This document shows, piece after piece, positions 49,965 through 59,249 of a stretch of DNA of 64,000 bases. Positions within the stretch are counted from its first letter, which is position 1, and the number at the start of each line of letters is the position of its first letter. The DNA is taken from the NCBI GenBank assembly GCA_020631855.1, contig JACKGU010000002.1, forward strand, positions 159,447-223,446. The letters run 5' to 3'. Position numbers and translations under genes: made by a program. Below the pieces are notes generated by a model that saw nothing but the letters and a program-made list of their open reading frames with translations, ran no database searches and was not told the origin of the DNA. The stretch is from Candidatus Nomurabacteria bacterium. Its GTDB lineage: Bacteria > Patescibacteriota > WWE3 > UBA101185 > UBA10185.

Positions 49965-50621
49965 ATGACTACAACACCTGTAACAAACAGTATAAACACT
50001 GTGTTTTCCGCAAACTCAGATATAGAGAATGAGACACTTATAGATGCAAAAAGGTTCATGAATGAGCACTACGGCAATAAATATTCTCACATACCGCCCC
50101 ACATCTCATACACAATAATGCCTCTTCCCGAGTACAACTTTGAAAGAGCCAAAGATGATTTAATAGCTTATGTCATAAAACAAAAACCTTACTTGCTAAA
50201 GCTCTCGGATCTTAAATTCGACAATAGGGATAATTTATTTTATATAGAAGTATCTGGTAAAGATATGCAAAGGCTGCACGAAGATATTACCATCTTGCTC
50301 AACAAACACAGGGAAGGTTTTATTAGAGAAAAAGATTTAGAAAGAATATCTAAAGGATATTTTAACGATAATGAGCTGGAATACCTAAGACAGTATGGTT
50401 ATTCGAGGGTATTTGAATGTTTTCGCCCGCACATTTCAATAGGCAACTTTACAGTGGAAAACGTAGATGTGCCGGAACTTACAAAAATACTTAAAGAAAA
50501 ATTAACCGGCGTGTTAAACAAAAGCTTAGTACTTAATAACATTCGAGCACTTTTTCATACTGACGCGGGCAGTCAACAAGAAGCGGAGGTTTTTTGGGAA
50601 AGCAACTATCTGCTGTCTTAG
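49965..50621 (+). CDS. 2H phosphoesterase (LigT-like) family protein
   Basis: Two H-x-S/T-x motifs: PPHISYTIM and RPHISIGNF. Confidence 0.5.
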   Translation: MTTTPVTNSINTVFSANSDIENETLIDAKRFMNEHYGNKYSHIPPHISYTIMPLPEYNFERAKDDLIAYVIKQKPYLLKLSDLKFDNRDNLFYIEVSGKDMQRLHEDITILLNKHREGFIREKDLERISKGYFNDNELEYLRQYGYSRVFECFRPHISIGNFTVENVDVPELTKILKEKLTGVLNKSLVLNNIRALFHTDAGSQQEAEVFWESNYLLS

Positions 50622-50825
50622 TGTAGGGAGTTGGTCAAACAAATTTCCCGACTACGAAATTGATATGTCACCCTTTCTTCTTTATGTTGATTCGGATTAT
50701 AGCATTGTAGGTGTTAGGGCTTAATGTCTGACGTGTCCAATAGCCTTACCTCGATAGTACTCCAGGCCGTAACCAGGGCTATATAATGTATAGTCTACTT
50801 GAGGCTCGCCATAGCTTACAGAGTT

Positions 50826-50960
50826 TCGATGGTGAGGGCGGTGGGGATCGAACCCACGACACCCTGGTTAACGCCTAATTCGCAGGCTCATAAGGCGTTC
50901 ACTGAATCAGAACGATTCAGTGTAAAAGCCCTCTGCTCTACCACTGAGCTGTCTTATATA
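50826..50960 (-). pseudogene. Disrupted tRNA-Lys(TTT)-like copy: intact 3' half, ~52-bp insertion in the anticodon loop, degenerate 5' half
   Basis: The first 42 bp TGGTGAGGGCGGTGGGGATCGAACCCACGACACCCTGGTTAA match tRNA-Lys at 62782 with 2 compensatory T-stem changes. After a 52-bp insert, AAAAGCC and TGCTCTACCACTGAGCT (D-arm) follow, but the acceptor 5' strand cannot pair. Confidence 0.6.
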
Positions 50961-51014
50961 GAGAGTCTTAATGTTTTGGCTGATGTAGCTGTTTGTATGA
51001 TTGAACGTTAATCC

Positions 51015-51136
51015 GATACTACTATGTATAGTAGTATATATACTAGTATCGATAGTAGTATGCATAGTAGTATAAAAAATTCCGCGCAGTACTGTACCCA
51101 GTAGTACCTACAGTACTGTGTACACTAGTGTCATAG
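51015..51136. repeat. Iteron-like short repeats (ATAGTAGTAT x4 including one inverted; AGTACTGT-type x3)
   Basis: gATACTACTATgtATAGTAGTATatatactagtatcgATAGTAGTATgcATAGTAGTATaaaa ... CAGTACTGTACCCAGTAGTACCTACAGTACTGTGTAC. Confidence 0.65.
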
Positions 51137-51186
51137 ATATCGGCTATTGCTAATCTCTAGATGCCTGGCTTTAAGATATTAGAATC

Positions 51187-51477
51187 TTAATAAAATTTAT
51201 ACTTTTTTGGTTTTTTCTTGCCAAATATTTTCTTAAGCTCAGACTCTGTTTCATATCCGTTGTAGGTCTCGCTCAAAGCATACTCTACAAGCGTCTTAAA
51301 CGACTGTCCTGAGTTAGTTCTTAGATTAGATAGTATTTTCCACCACCCGATATCTAAACGTATTTGAAATGTCTTTTTTTGTAACTTTGTCGACATATAT
51401 AACCCCTCACGGGGTAGTTCCCCCAGCCGTTTCCTTTCTGGTGATTCACGTTCTTGCCTGTGCTTTTGTGTCCTCAC
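51187..51477 (-). CDS. Small basic protein, possibly a ribbon-helix-helix DNA-binding protein
   Basis: Internal start MSTKLQKKTFQIRLDIGWWKILSNL... has a beta-strand then helix pattern. Sits next to the iteron-like repeats. Confidence 0.3.
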   Translation of the reverse strand: MRTQKHRQERESPERKRLGELPREGLYMSTKLQKKTFQIRLDIGWWKILSNLRTNSGQSFKTLVEYALSETYNGYETESELKKIFGKKKPKKYKFY

Positions 51478-52096
51478 CCAGAAAAGGTCTGGGTCCTGTG
51501 TGTTCTACGTAATTACATAACTTTTTCTCTTCATCATCTGTTTATCACCGTCAGAGGTTTCCGTATGGGACGCAGTTAGTGATACTTCTTTCGACCAGGC
51601 CCTTATCGGTGCACGGGCTTTAGACTGCGCAGCCCCTACTGTAAGTCTTAATGACTTTTGAGTGTGAGAAACATCACTCAGAAATCATCAATTCTGTGGC
51701 GCGCGTTTTTATTTGTGAGTGAAAGTTTAGATAATGGAGAAAATAGCATGATGCCCATTAAAAAAACTCCTCACACAAACATTTACTGATGTTTTCAATT
51801 TCTATTTGCTAACTCAGTAAAGGCTGTATTTGGAGTCACGGACTCAGCTTTTGGGTGTTTTACCCAAGCCTTACAATTTCATTTTCGTATAAAAGTCGAT
51901 TTGTGTCAATAGGTAAATGTTGTTGTGACAGTAAATAATGGCAATTATAGGTAAGTATGCATCAATATCGCAATGCGATAGTTTACCCAAAACTTAGATC
52001 CTTATATGAAGATTAACTCTGAGGTATAATCAGAGTATGTTGTAGCTACAACATATGCCATTAAGGCTTAGTTACCTTTAGCAGAAAGATATTTGT

Positions 52097-53674
52097 ATGT
52101 CAGATGAACAAAAAAGACTTTTAGAAAAACAGCTATGGGCTGTTGCCAATACCCTTAGGGGAAAAATGAATGCCGACGAGTATAAAAACTACATACTCGG
52201 CTTCATCTTTTATAAGTACTTATCCGAAAAACTAGAAAAGTATATTAACGAAACCCTCTTATCACGTGAAAGTTTTAAATTTGCTGAAATAAAAGAAGAA
52301 ACAGACGAGGGTAAAAAGATACTAGAAGAGATAAAAAAGGCTTGTGTAAACCATTTGGGCTTTTTCTTACAACCAAACGAACTGTTTTCACACATAGTTA
52401 AAAAAGGTAAGGGAGAACTAAAAGATCAATCTACTTTCATACTGGAAGATCTAAAAGTAATACTAGACACTATCGAAAAGACCTCAATGGGAACAGATAG
52501 CGAAGACGACTTTAAAGGCTTGTTTGATGATGTAGATCTTACCTCTTCTAAGCTTGGTTCAAGCGAAAATAAGAAAAACGAAGCTATTGTAGAGGTACTA
52601 AAACTCCTAAATGGCATAGATTTCAGACTAGAAGACTCAAAAAGTGATCTGTTGGGCGATGCATATGAGTATCTTATTGGTGAATTTGCCGCGGGAGCAG
52701 GTAAAAAGGGTGGTGAGTTCTATACACCTGCGCAGGTTTCAAGATTGTTGGCGCAATTTGTAACTGTTGGGAAGAAAAAAATACGCTCAGTTCTAGACCC
52801 AACCTGTGGTTCTGGATCTTTATTACTCAGACTTAGAGATTATGTTGAGGTAGCTGATTATTACGGGCAAGAGCTTAATCCAACCACATACAACCTAGCA
52901 CGAATGAATATGATTCTTCACGGAGTGCACTTTGATCATTTCACAATAAGACAAGGCGACACTCTAACAGAAGATAGATTTCCTGACTTACAAGCAGAAG
53001 CTATTGTAGCCAATCCACCATTTTCAGCTAAATGGAAGAGTGAAGATGATCCCGCGCTTGTTCATGATGAGAGATTTTCACAATATGGACGTTTAGCACC
53101 AAAAAGTGCAGCGGATTATGCCTTTGTAACTCACATGCTTCACCACCTTAGCGAGAACGGTACTATGGCCATTGTCCTACCACATGGAGTGCTTTTTAGG
53201 GGTGGATCTGAGGGGCAGATAAGAAAACATATCATAGCTAAGCAAAACACCCTGGACGCTGTTGTGGGGCTCCCAGCGAACCTTTTTTATGGCACTTCTA
53301 TCCCTGCATGTGTCCTTGTATTCAAGAAATGCAGACAAGACGATGATGATATTTTATTTATAGATGCCAGTAAGGATTTTGAGAAAAACAAGAATCAGAA
53401 CTATCTAACAGATGAGAATATCAAAAAGATCTTTGAAACTTATAAAGACAGAAAAGAAATTGAAAAGTACTCCCATAAAGCCACACTGGAAGAGATAAAA
53501 GAAAACGATTTTAACCTCAATATCCCAAGGTATGTCGACACATTCGAAGAACCTGAAGAAATTGATATCAAACAAGTTGCACACGAACTACAAAAGTCAG
53601 TAAAAAGAGAGCCTGACATTAAAGCGAAGCTTAATGAAATCCTAGTAGAACTTAATTTGGAAAGTCCTTTTTAG
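52097..53674 (+). CDS. hsdM: Type I restriction-modification N6-adenine DNA methyltransferase subunit
   Basis: HsdM N-terminal domain, AdoMet motif DPTCGSGS, catalytic VANPPFS. Confidence 0.9.
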   Translation: MSDEQKRLLEKQLWAVANTLRGKMNADEYKNYILGFIFYKYLSEKLEKYINETLLSRESFKFAEIKEETDEGKKILEEIKKACVNHLGFFLQPNELFSHIVKKGKGELKDQSTFILEDLKVILDTIEKTSMGTDSEDDFKGLFDDVDLTSSKLGSSENKKNEAIVEVLKLLNGIDFRLEDSKSDLLGDAYEYLIGEFAAGAGKKGGEFYTPAQVSRLLAQFVTVGKKKIRSVLDPTCGSGSLLLRLRDYVEVADYYGQELNPTTYNLARMNMILHGVHFDHFTIRQGDTLTEDRFPDLQAEAIVANPPFSAKWKSEDDPALVHDERFSQYGRLAPKSAADYAFVTHMLHHLSENGTMAIVLPHGVLFRGGSEGQIRKHIIAKQNTLDAVVGLPANLFYGTSIPACVLVFKKCRQDDDDILFIDASKDFEKNKNQNYLTDENIKKIFETYKDRKEIEKYSHKATLEEIKENDFNLNIPRYVDTFEEPEEIDIKQVAHELQKSVKREPDIKAKLNEILVELNLESPF

Positions 53675-54825
53675 TGGTGGTACTAGAAAAAGCATTATTA
53701 GTACCGCCTTTGAGATTTAAAGGGTTTACTGGTAATTGGAACGAGGTGTCGCTGAAACAGCTTCTTACTCCTATTGAGAGAAAAACAAAAAAACCAGCTG
53801 AGAGTTACACATCGATTGGAATACGAAGCCACTTTAAAGGTACTATGCAAAGATACGACACTGATCCTAAAAGTAATTCTATGGAATATCTCTACTTAGT
53901 ACATAAGGACGATTTTATTCTAAACATAACATTTGCTTGGGAAGGCGCTCTAGCTATTGCGAGGGAAGAAGATGATTTAGGTTATGTATCTCACAGATTT
54001 CCAACATATCGAGTTAATGAGGATATCGTTACAAAGGAGTTTTTTCAATATCTGTACCCAACGGAAAGAATGAAATATAACTTAAGAAATATATCTCCAG
54101 GCGGTGCAGGTCGAAATAGAGTGTTAAATAAAAGGGATTTTCTTAAATTGAAAGTAAAGATTCCTGAAACAGATGAGCAAAATAAGATATCTGAGTTTAT
54201 GCGCTCTCTGGAAGATTGGATACAAAACTTAAAATCACAAAAGGAAGAACTTGAGAAATATAAAAAAGGCATGATGCAGAAGATTTTCTCTCAAGAGATT
54301 AGGTTTAAAGATGGTAATGGTAAAGATTATCCCGATTGGAAAGATGTTAAATTCAAAGACATCTTTGTTGTAGGTAGTGGTAAAGATTATAAGCATCTAC
54401 AAAGCGGTGATATTCCAGTTTATGGTACAGGTGGTTACATGACCTCAGTTAATGATTATCTCTATGAGGGCGAAAGTGTAGGTATTGGAAGAAAAGGTAC
54501 AATCGATAAGCCTATATTTCTTAAAAACAAGTTTTGGACTGTGGACACACTATTTTATACACATTCTTTTAAGGGCGTTTTACCTTATTTTGTTTTCTTA
54601 TTGTTTCAAAACGTGAATTGGAAGAAATACAACGAGGCTTCAGGTGTACCAAGTCTATCTAAAAACACTCTTTATACAATCAAAACTAGGGTACCTAGTA
54701 TCGACGAACAAAACAAAATTATAGCGTTGTTCACGTCTTTAGAAGATCTAACAAGTTCAAAGCAAAATCAAATAGAAAAAGCAGAAATGTGGAAAAAAGG
54801 TTTATTGCAGGAGATGTTTGTATAA
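53674..54825 (+). CDS. hsdS: Type I restriction-modification specificity subunit
   Basis: Two target-recognition domains separated by conserved helical spacers. Start overlaps the hsdM stop. Confidence 0.8.
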   Translation: MVVLEKALLVPPLRFKGFTGNWNEVSLKQLLTPIERKTKKPAESYTSIGIRSHFKGTMQRYDTDPKSNSMEYLYLVHKDDFILNITFAWEGALAIAREEDDLGYVSHRFPTYRVNEDIVTKEFFQYLYPTERMKYNLRNISPGGAGRNRVLNKRDFLKLKVKIPETDEQNKISEFMRSLEDWIQNLKSQKEELEKYKKGMMQKIFSQEIRFKDGNGKDYPDWKDVKFKDIFVVGSGKDYKHLQSGDIPVYGTGGYMTSVNDYLYEGESVGIGRKGTIDKPIFLKNKFWTVDTLFYTHSFKGVLPYFVFLLFQNVNWKKYNEASGVPSLSKNTLYTIKTRVPSIDEQNKIIALFTSLEDLTSSKQNQIEKAEMWKKGLLQEMFV

Positions 54826-56451
54826 ATGAACAAAGAGCTTATACGAAGTATTGCTGCTTCGAAAAACAGCCTAATAGTAGGACTCGCCGGACCTGGTACG
54901 GGAAAAAGCTATACATTTAAGGAAATTGTTCTATCTGAAGATTATAAAGGCAAAAAAATATTAATCCTGTCTTTTATAAATAAACTTGTAGATGATCTAA
55001 AAGATGATTTTGAAAAATTCGAAAACGTAGAAGTCTCCACATTGCACGCCTTTGCCTATATAAATATGGGCGAGGTACTACTAAACGAAAATTTGGATAA
55101 ATATATTAGTGAAGACTATAAATACATTTTTGGTTCAGACATAAACTATGCCGAGAAGTTTTATCAAAACGCACTAACCGAGGAAGAAGAAACATTCTAT
55201 TTCAACAGAAGTGCATACTATAGATATGACAGGGACTTATATTCCTTTAATTCAATAATATACAAATTCAATCAACTCATGAATGCTTCTGATAGTAATA
55301 TCCCGCGATATGATTTGATTCTAATTGATGAATTTCAAGATTTTAATAGTCTTGAGGTAGAGCTAATTCAACTGTTGAACAAGGTTAATAAAGTTGTTGT
55401 AGTGGGAGATGATGACCAATCACTATACGCTTTTAAAAAAGCTAAACCTGATAAAATACGCGATCTCTATAGAAGTGAGAACACATATAGCTTTTCTCTA
55501 GATAACTGCTACAGATGTCCAAAAGTTATTGTGGATGCAACTAATAATCTAGTAAAAAATGCTGTCGAAAATAACTACTTACAGGAAAGGGAGAATGCAA
55601 AAAAGTTTCTATATCCTGAAGAAGATCCGAATCATACGAAAAAGCATGAAGTTAGTGAAAAGTATCCAAAAATATATTTTGCACAACAAAAGCAAGGGGA
55701 TCTATTAACCTATTCCTTAGTAAAGTTTATCAAAGATGACGTAACTGAGAATGATGGTGGACGTGTTCTTGTTATCTGCCCAAGATATCTGATGAATAGT
55801 ATTTACGACGGATTAACAAGTAAAGGTCTTAATGTTATTGACTTTGAGCTTTTCTCTAGCGAAGAAAAAAATAAAATTAAACACTCTGAATTAATAAAAG
55901 CCCTTGAAATATTATCCACTAGGAAAACGGATAATTTGGCTTTGAGACAACTTCTAAATAAATATGTATCTGATGATTTCCTAAAGGAAAGCATCAAATC
56001 TTCCCATACTGAAAACAAGAAACTGTGGTCATACTTAGTTGAGGATACTCGGACAAATATTGAAGAGGATGTTACTTTATTTAAAAAAGTGAGAAAAGGA
56101 AAGGACGATCTTACCGAGACCGACTTATTAAAGTTAAACCAGCTTTTTAATCTGAAAAACATACTATCCAAAATGATAAACGGATTTAACGCTGTCAAAA
56201 AAGGAGCTATTGAGGTTGAATTAACTACAACGGTAAGTTCCAAGGGGTTATCTGCAGAATTTGTGTATTACTTGGCTATTGATGATAGCGACATGCTAGA
56301 TAGAGATACAGGAACAATTACAGACAACAAACTTTGCGAATTCTTAGTGGGTATGACAAGGGCAAAAAGTAAATTGGTACTTATTTCGCGAAAAGACGCA
56401 CATCCTAAAATATTGGAGTTTTTGGATGATTCTTATATTGAAACTATATGA
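54826..56451 (+). CDS. UvrD/PcrA-like SF1 helicase embedded between hsdS and hsdR
   Basis: Motif I GLAGPGTGKS, II LILIDEFQDF, III VVVGDDDQSLYAFKKA, IV CYRCPKVIV, VI VGMTRAKSKLVL. Confidence 0.7.
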   Translation: MNKELIRSIAASKNSLIVGLAGPGTGKSYTFKEIVLSEDYKGKKILILSFINKLVDDLKDDFEKFENVEVSTLHAFAYINMGEVLLNENLDKYISEDYKYIFGSDINYAEKFYQNALTEEEETFYFNRSAYYRYDRDLYSFNSIIYKFNQLMNASDSNIPRYDLILIDEFQDFNSLEVELIQLLNKVNKVVVVGDDDQSLYAFKKAKPDKIRDLYRSENTYSFSLDNCYRCPKVIVDATNNLVKNAVENNYLQERENAKKFLYPEEDPNHTKKHEVSEKYPKIYFAQQKQGDLLTYSLVKFIKDDVTENDGGRVLVICPRYLMNSIYDGLTSKGLNVIDFELFSSEEKNKIKHSELIKALEILSTRKTDNLALRQLLNKYVSDDFLKESIKSSHTENKKLWSYLVEDTRTNIEEDVTLFKKVRKGKDDLTETDLLKLNQLFNLKNILSKMINGFNAVKKGAIEVELTTTVSSKGLSAEFVYYLAIDDSDMLDRDTGTITDNKLCEFLVGMTRAKSKLVLISRKDAHPKILEFLDDSYIETI

Positions 56452-59246
56452 CACATCAATCAGAACAACAACTAGAAAATACACTAATAAACCAACTACA
56501 AAGACTTGGATTTACGTTGGTTAATATCCAAGATACTAATGATTTGTACGTCAACCTACTCAAACAACTTGAGAAGTTTAACAATACAGAATTTTCTGAA
56601 TACGAGTTTGATCAGATCGTTAACTATTTACACAAAGGTGATAGATTTCAAAAAGCCAAAACACTAAGAGATCGCTTTGTTTTGCATAGAGATGATGGCA
56701 CTACTTTTTGGGTTAGGTTCTTCAACACAGACAAGTGGTGTAAGAACGAATACCAAGTTACGCACCAAGTAACTCAAAAAGGCAAATATGAAAACAGATA
56801 CGATGTAACACTTCTTATAAACGGGCTGCCTCTTGTTCAAGTAGAACTAAAACGCAGAGGTATGGAAATGAAAGAAGCTTTCAACCAAATACAGCGTTAC
56901 CATAAGCACACGTTTACAGGAACTTTATTTGAATACGTACAGATATTTGTTATCTCAAACGGAGTAAATACAAAATACTTTTCCAATAATCCTAAACAAT
57001 CGTTTGAACAAACATTTTACTGGACTGATGTAGACAACAGAAAAGTAACTAAACTAGATGAGTTTACAGAGGTATTTTTAGAAAAATGCTTTGTTTCCAA
57101 GATGATAGCAGAATACACAGTACTAGCAGAAGCACTTCAAATACCTATGGTATTGCGCCCGTATCAATACTACGCAGTAAAGGCAATTGAAAAAAGAGTA
57201 TTAGAAACAAATAAGAACGGTTATATCTGGCACACAACAGGATCAGGTAAAACACTAACATCTTATAAAGCAAGCCAGATACTTTCACAAATGCCAGATG
57301 TTAAAAAAGTTATGTTTGTTGTGGACAGAAAGGACTTGGACATCCAAACTACTAAAGAGTTCAATTCGTTCTCTGAGGGCTCTGTAGACGGTACAAATAA
57401 CACTCATAACCTAGTACAACAACTAAAAGACAATAACAGAAAGCTTATTGTTACAACTATTCAGAAGCTTGATATTGCAATAAGCAAGGAACACTATCTT
57501 AAGCAATTTGAAGATTTAGCAAATGAAAAAGTAGTCATAATCTTTGATGAATGCCATAGATCTCAGTTTGGTCAAACACACGCCAGAATAAAAAGCTTCT
57601 TTAACAATGCACAACTGTTTGGATTTACTGGCACACCTATCTTTGCAGATAACAATGTTGGCGGAGTTACAACAAAAGACGTATTTGATGAGTGTCTTCA
57701 CAAATACATCATCACAAACGCTATTTCAGACGGTAATGTCTTAGGATTTGCGGTTGAATATGTCGGAAGATACAAACAAAAAGCACCTGATACTTTGGAT
57801 GCAGATATTTTTGCAGATGCATTAGTTGAGGGAATAGATAAACGTGAAGTTCTTGAAAGCGATGATCGACTTAATAAGATTGCAAACTATGTACTAGCTG
57901 ACTGGAAGCGTAAAACCAAATCAGGCAAGTTTAATGCCATTTTTGCAGTAACAAGCATTGAAGTACTCAAAAAATACTACACATTGTTTAAAGCTAAAAA
58001 GTCCGAAGACTTCAAAATAGCAACAATCTTTACGTATCAAGCAAATGAAAACGAGAGTGAAGACATGTTAGATGTAGATGTATTTGCCTTTGAAGACGCG
58101 CCTGTAAACCAACATTCTAGGGATTATTTGGAAGATTGTATAAAAGACTACAACAGTCTCTTTTCTACAAACTACTCTACAGATCGATTCTATGACTACT
58201 ACAGAGACCTACAGGGAAGAATTAAGAACAAAGAAGTAGATTTGGTCATTGTAGTGAATATGTTTTTAACTGGTTTTGACAGCAAAAGACTAAATACTCT
58301 TTATGTTGATAAAAACTTGAGATATCACGGGCTTATACAAGCATATTCACGGACAAACAGAACACTGACCTCTGATAAACCACATGGAAATATAATCTCA
58401 TTTAGAAACCTAAAAGAAGCAACAGATAAAGCACTAGCCTTGTTTGGTGATGAAAATGCCAAAGAAGTTGTTTTTAAAAAACCATATGAAGAGCAAAAGA
58501 AAGAGTTTGAAGCAAAGTTATCTGACCTTAAAGAAAAGGCGCCTACACTTGAGTCTATTGATGAATTAAAAGGCGAAGAAGAAAAAGCTGAATTTGTAAA
58601 AACATTCAGAGATCTCTTGCGCATAAAGTCTTCTTTAGAAACGTTTGCAGAATTTAGCTTTGATGACTTAGGTGTATCTGAACAAGAGTTCTATGACTAT
58701 CAAAGCAAATACCTAGATATTTATGAAGAGCGCAGGAACAACAGCCCAGAGGCAGAATCAATACTAGATCAAATAGATTTTGAGCTAGAGCTTACTATCC
58801 GAGATATTATCAACTTCGATTACATCATCATGTTGATAGCAGGACTTAAAAACATTAGTTCTGACGCGATAAGGGAGAAGAAAACAGAGGATATTCTTAA
58901 GATCTTTGACCGTGATGTACAGCTAAGAAAGAAGAAAGAACTGATTAGGAAGTTTATCGAAGAGAATCTACCAAAGGTTACAAAAGCAGATGATGTTGAA
59001 AAGGCATTTAGTGATTTCTGGCAAAGTGAAAGAGCTACAGTGCTCAAAAAACTAGCCGAAGACGAAAATATTCCGTCCGAAAACATTGAAAAGCTGATTG
59101 GTGAGTATCTATACACTCAAAAGCTTCCACAAGAACAGGACATAGCAGATATGCTACCAGAACAACCAAGAATCCTTGAAAGAAGTAGTATTATTGAACG
59201 TATAAAAACAGCTATAGAAAATATAGTTGATATATTTGAATGGTAA
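56448..59246 (+). CDS. hsdR: Type I restriction enzyme R subunit
   Basis: N-terminal nuclease motif DVTLLINGLPLVQVELKRRG, SF2 ATPase motifs HTTGSGKTLTS and FDECHRSQ, ~932 aa. Overlaps the helicase stop by 4 bp. Confidence 0.9.
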   Translation: MTHQSEQQLENTLINQLQRLGFTLVNIQDTNDLYVNLLKQLEKFNNTEFSEYEFDQIVNYLHKGDRFQKAKTLRDRFVLHRDDGTTFWVRFFNTDKWCKNEYQVTHQVTQKGKYENRYDVTLLINGLPLVQVELKRRGMEMKEAFNQIQRYHKHTFTGTLFEYVQIFVISNGVNTKYFSNNPKQSFEQTFYWTDVDNRKVTKLDEFTEVFLEKCFVSKMIAEYTVLAEALQIPMVLRPYQYYAVKAIEKRVLETNKNGYIWHTTGSGKTLTSYKASQILSQMPDVKKVMFVVDRKDLDIQTTKEFNSFSEGSVDGTNNTHNLVQQLKDNNRKLIVTTIQKLDIAISKEHYLKQFEDLANEKVVIIFDECHRSQFGQTHARIKSFFNNAQLFGFTGTPIFADNNVGGVTTKDVFDECLHKYIITNAISDGNVLGFAVEYVGRYKQKAPDTLDADIFADALVEGIDKREVLESDDRLNKIANYVLADWKRKTKSGKFNAIFAVTSIEVLKKYYTLFKAKKSEDFKIATIFTYQANENESEDMLDVDVFAFEDAPVNQHSRDYLEDCIKDYNSLFSTNYSTDRFYDYYRDLQGRIKNKEVDLVIVVNMFLTGFDSKRLNTLYVDKNLRYHGLIQAYSRTNRTLTSDKPHGNIISFRNLKEATDKALALFGDENAKEVVFKKPYEEQKKEFEAKLSDLKEKAPTLESIDELKGEEEKAEFVKTFRDLLRIKSSLETFAEFSFDDLGVSEQEFYDYQSKYLDIYEERRNNSPEAESILDQIDFELELTIRDIINFDYIIMLIAGLKNISSDAIREKKTEDILKIFDRDVQLRKKKELIRKFIEENLPKVTKADDVEKAFSDFWQSERATVLKKLAEDENIPSENIEKLIGEYLYTQKLPQEQDIADMLPEQPRILERSSIIERIKTAIENIVDIFEW

Positions 59247-59249
59247 AAA

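Noticed and set aside
50826-50960. tmRNA (ssrA)
   Set aside because: The acceptor 5' strand is absent, there is no G-U alanine identity pair, and no tag-peptide reading frame is evident.
51015-51136. CRISPR array
   Set aside because: The repeats are only 8-10 bp with irregular spacing, and there are no cas genes apart from a solitary Cas4-like nuclease. They are iteron-like rather than CRISPR.
54826-56451. Gabija GajB assignment for the embedded helicase
   Set aside because: No GajA-like OLD/TOPRIM ATPase gene is adjacent. The neighbours are hsdS and hsdR, so the Gabija label is not supported.
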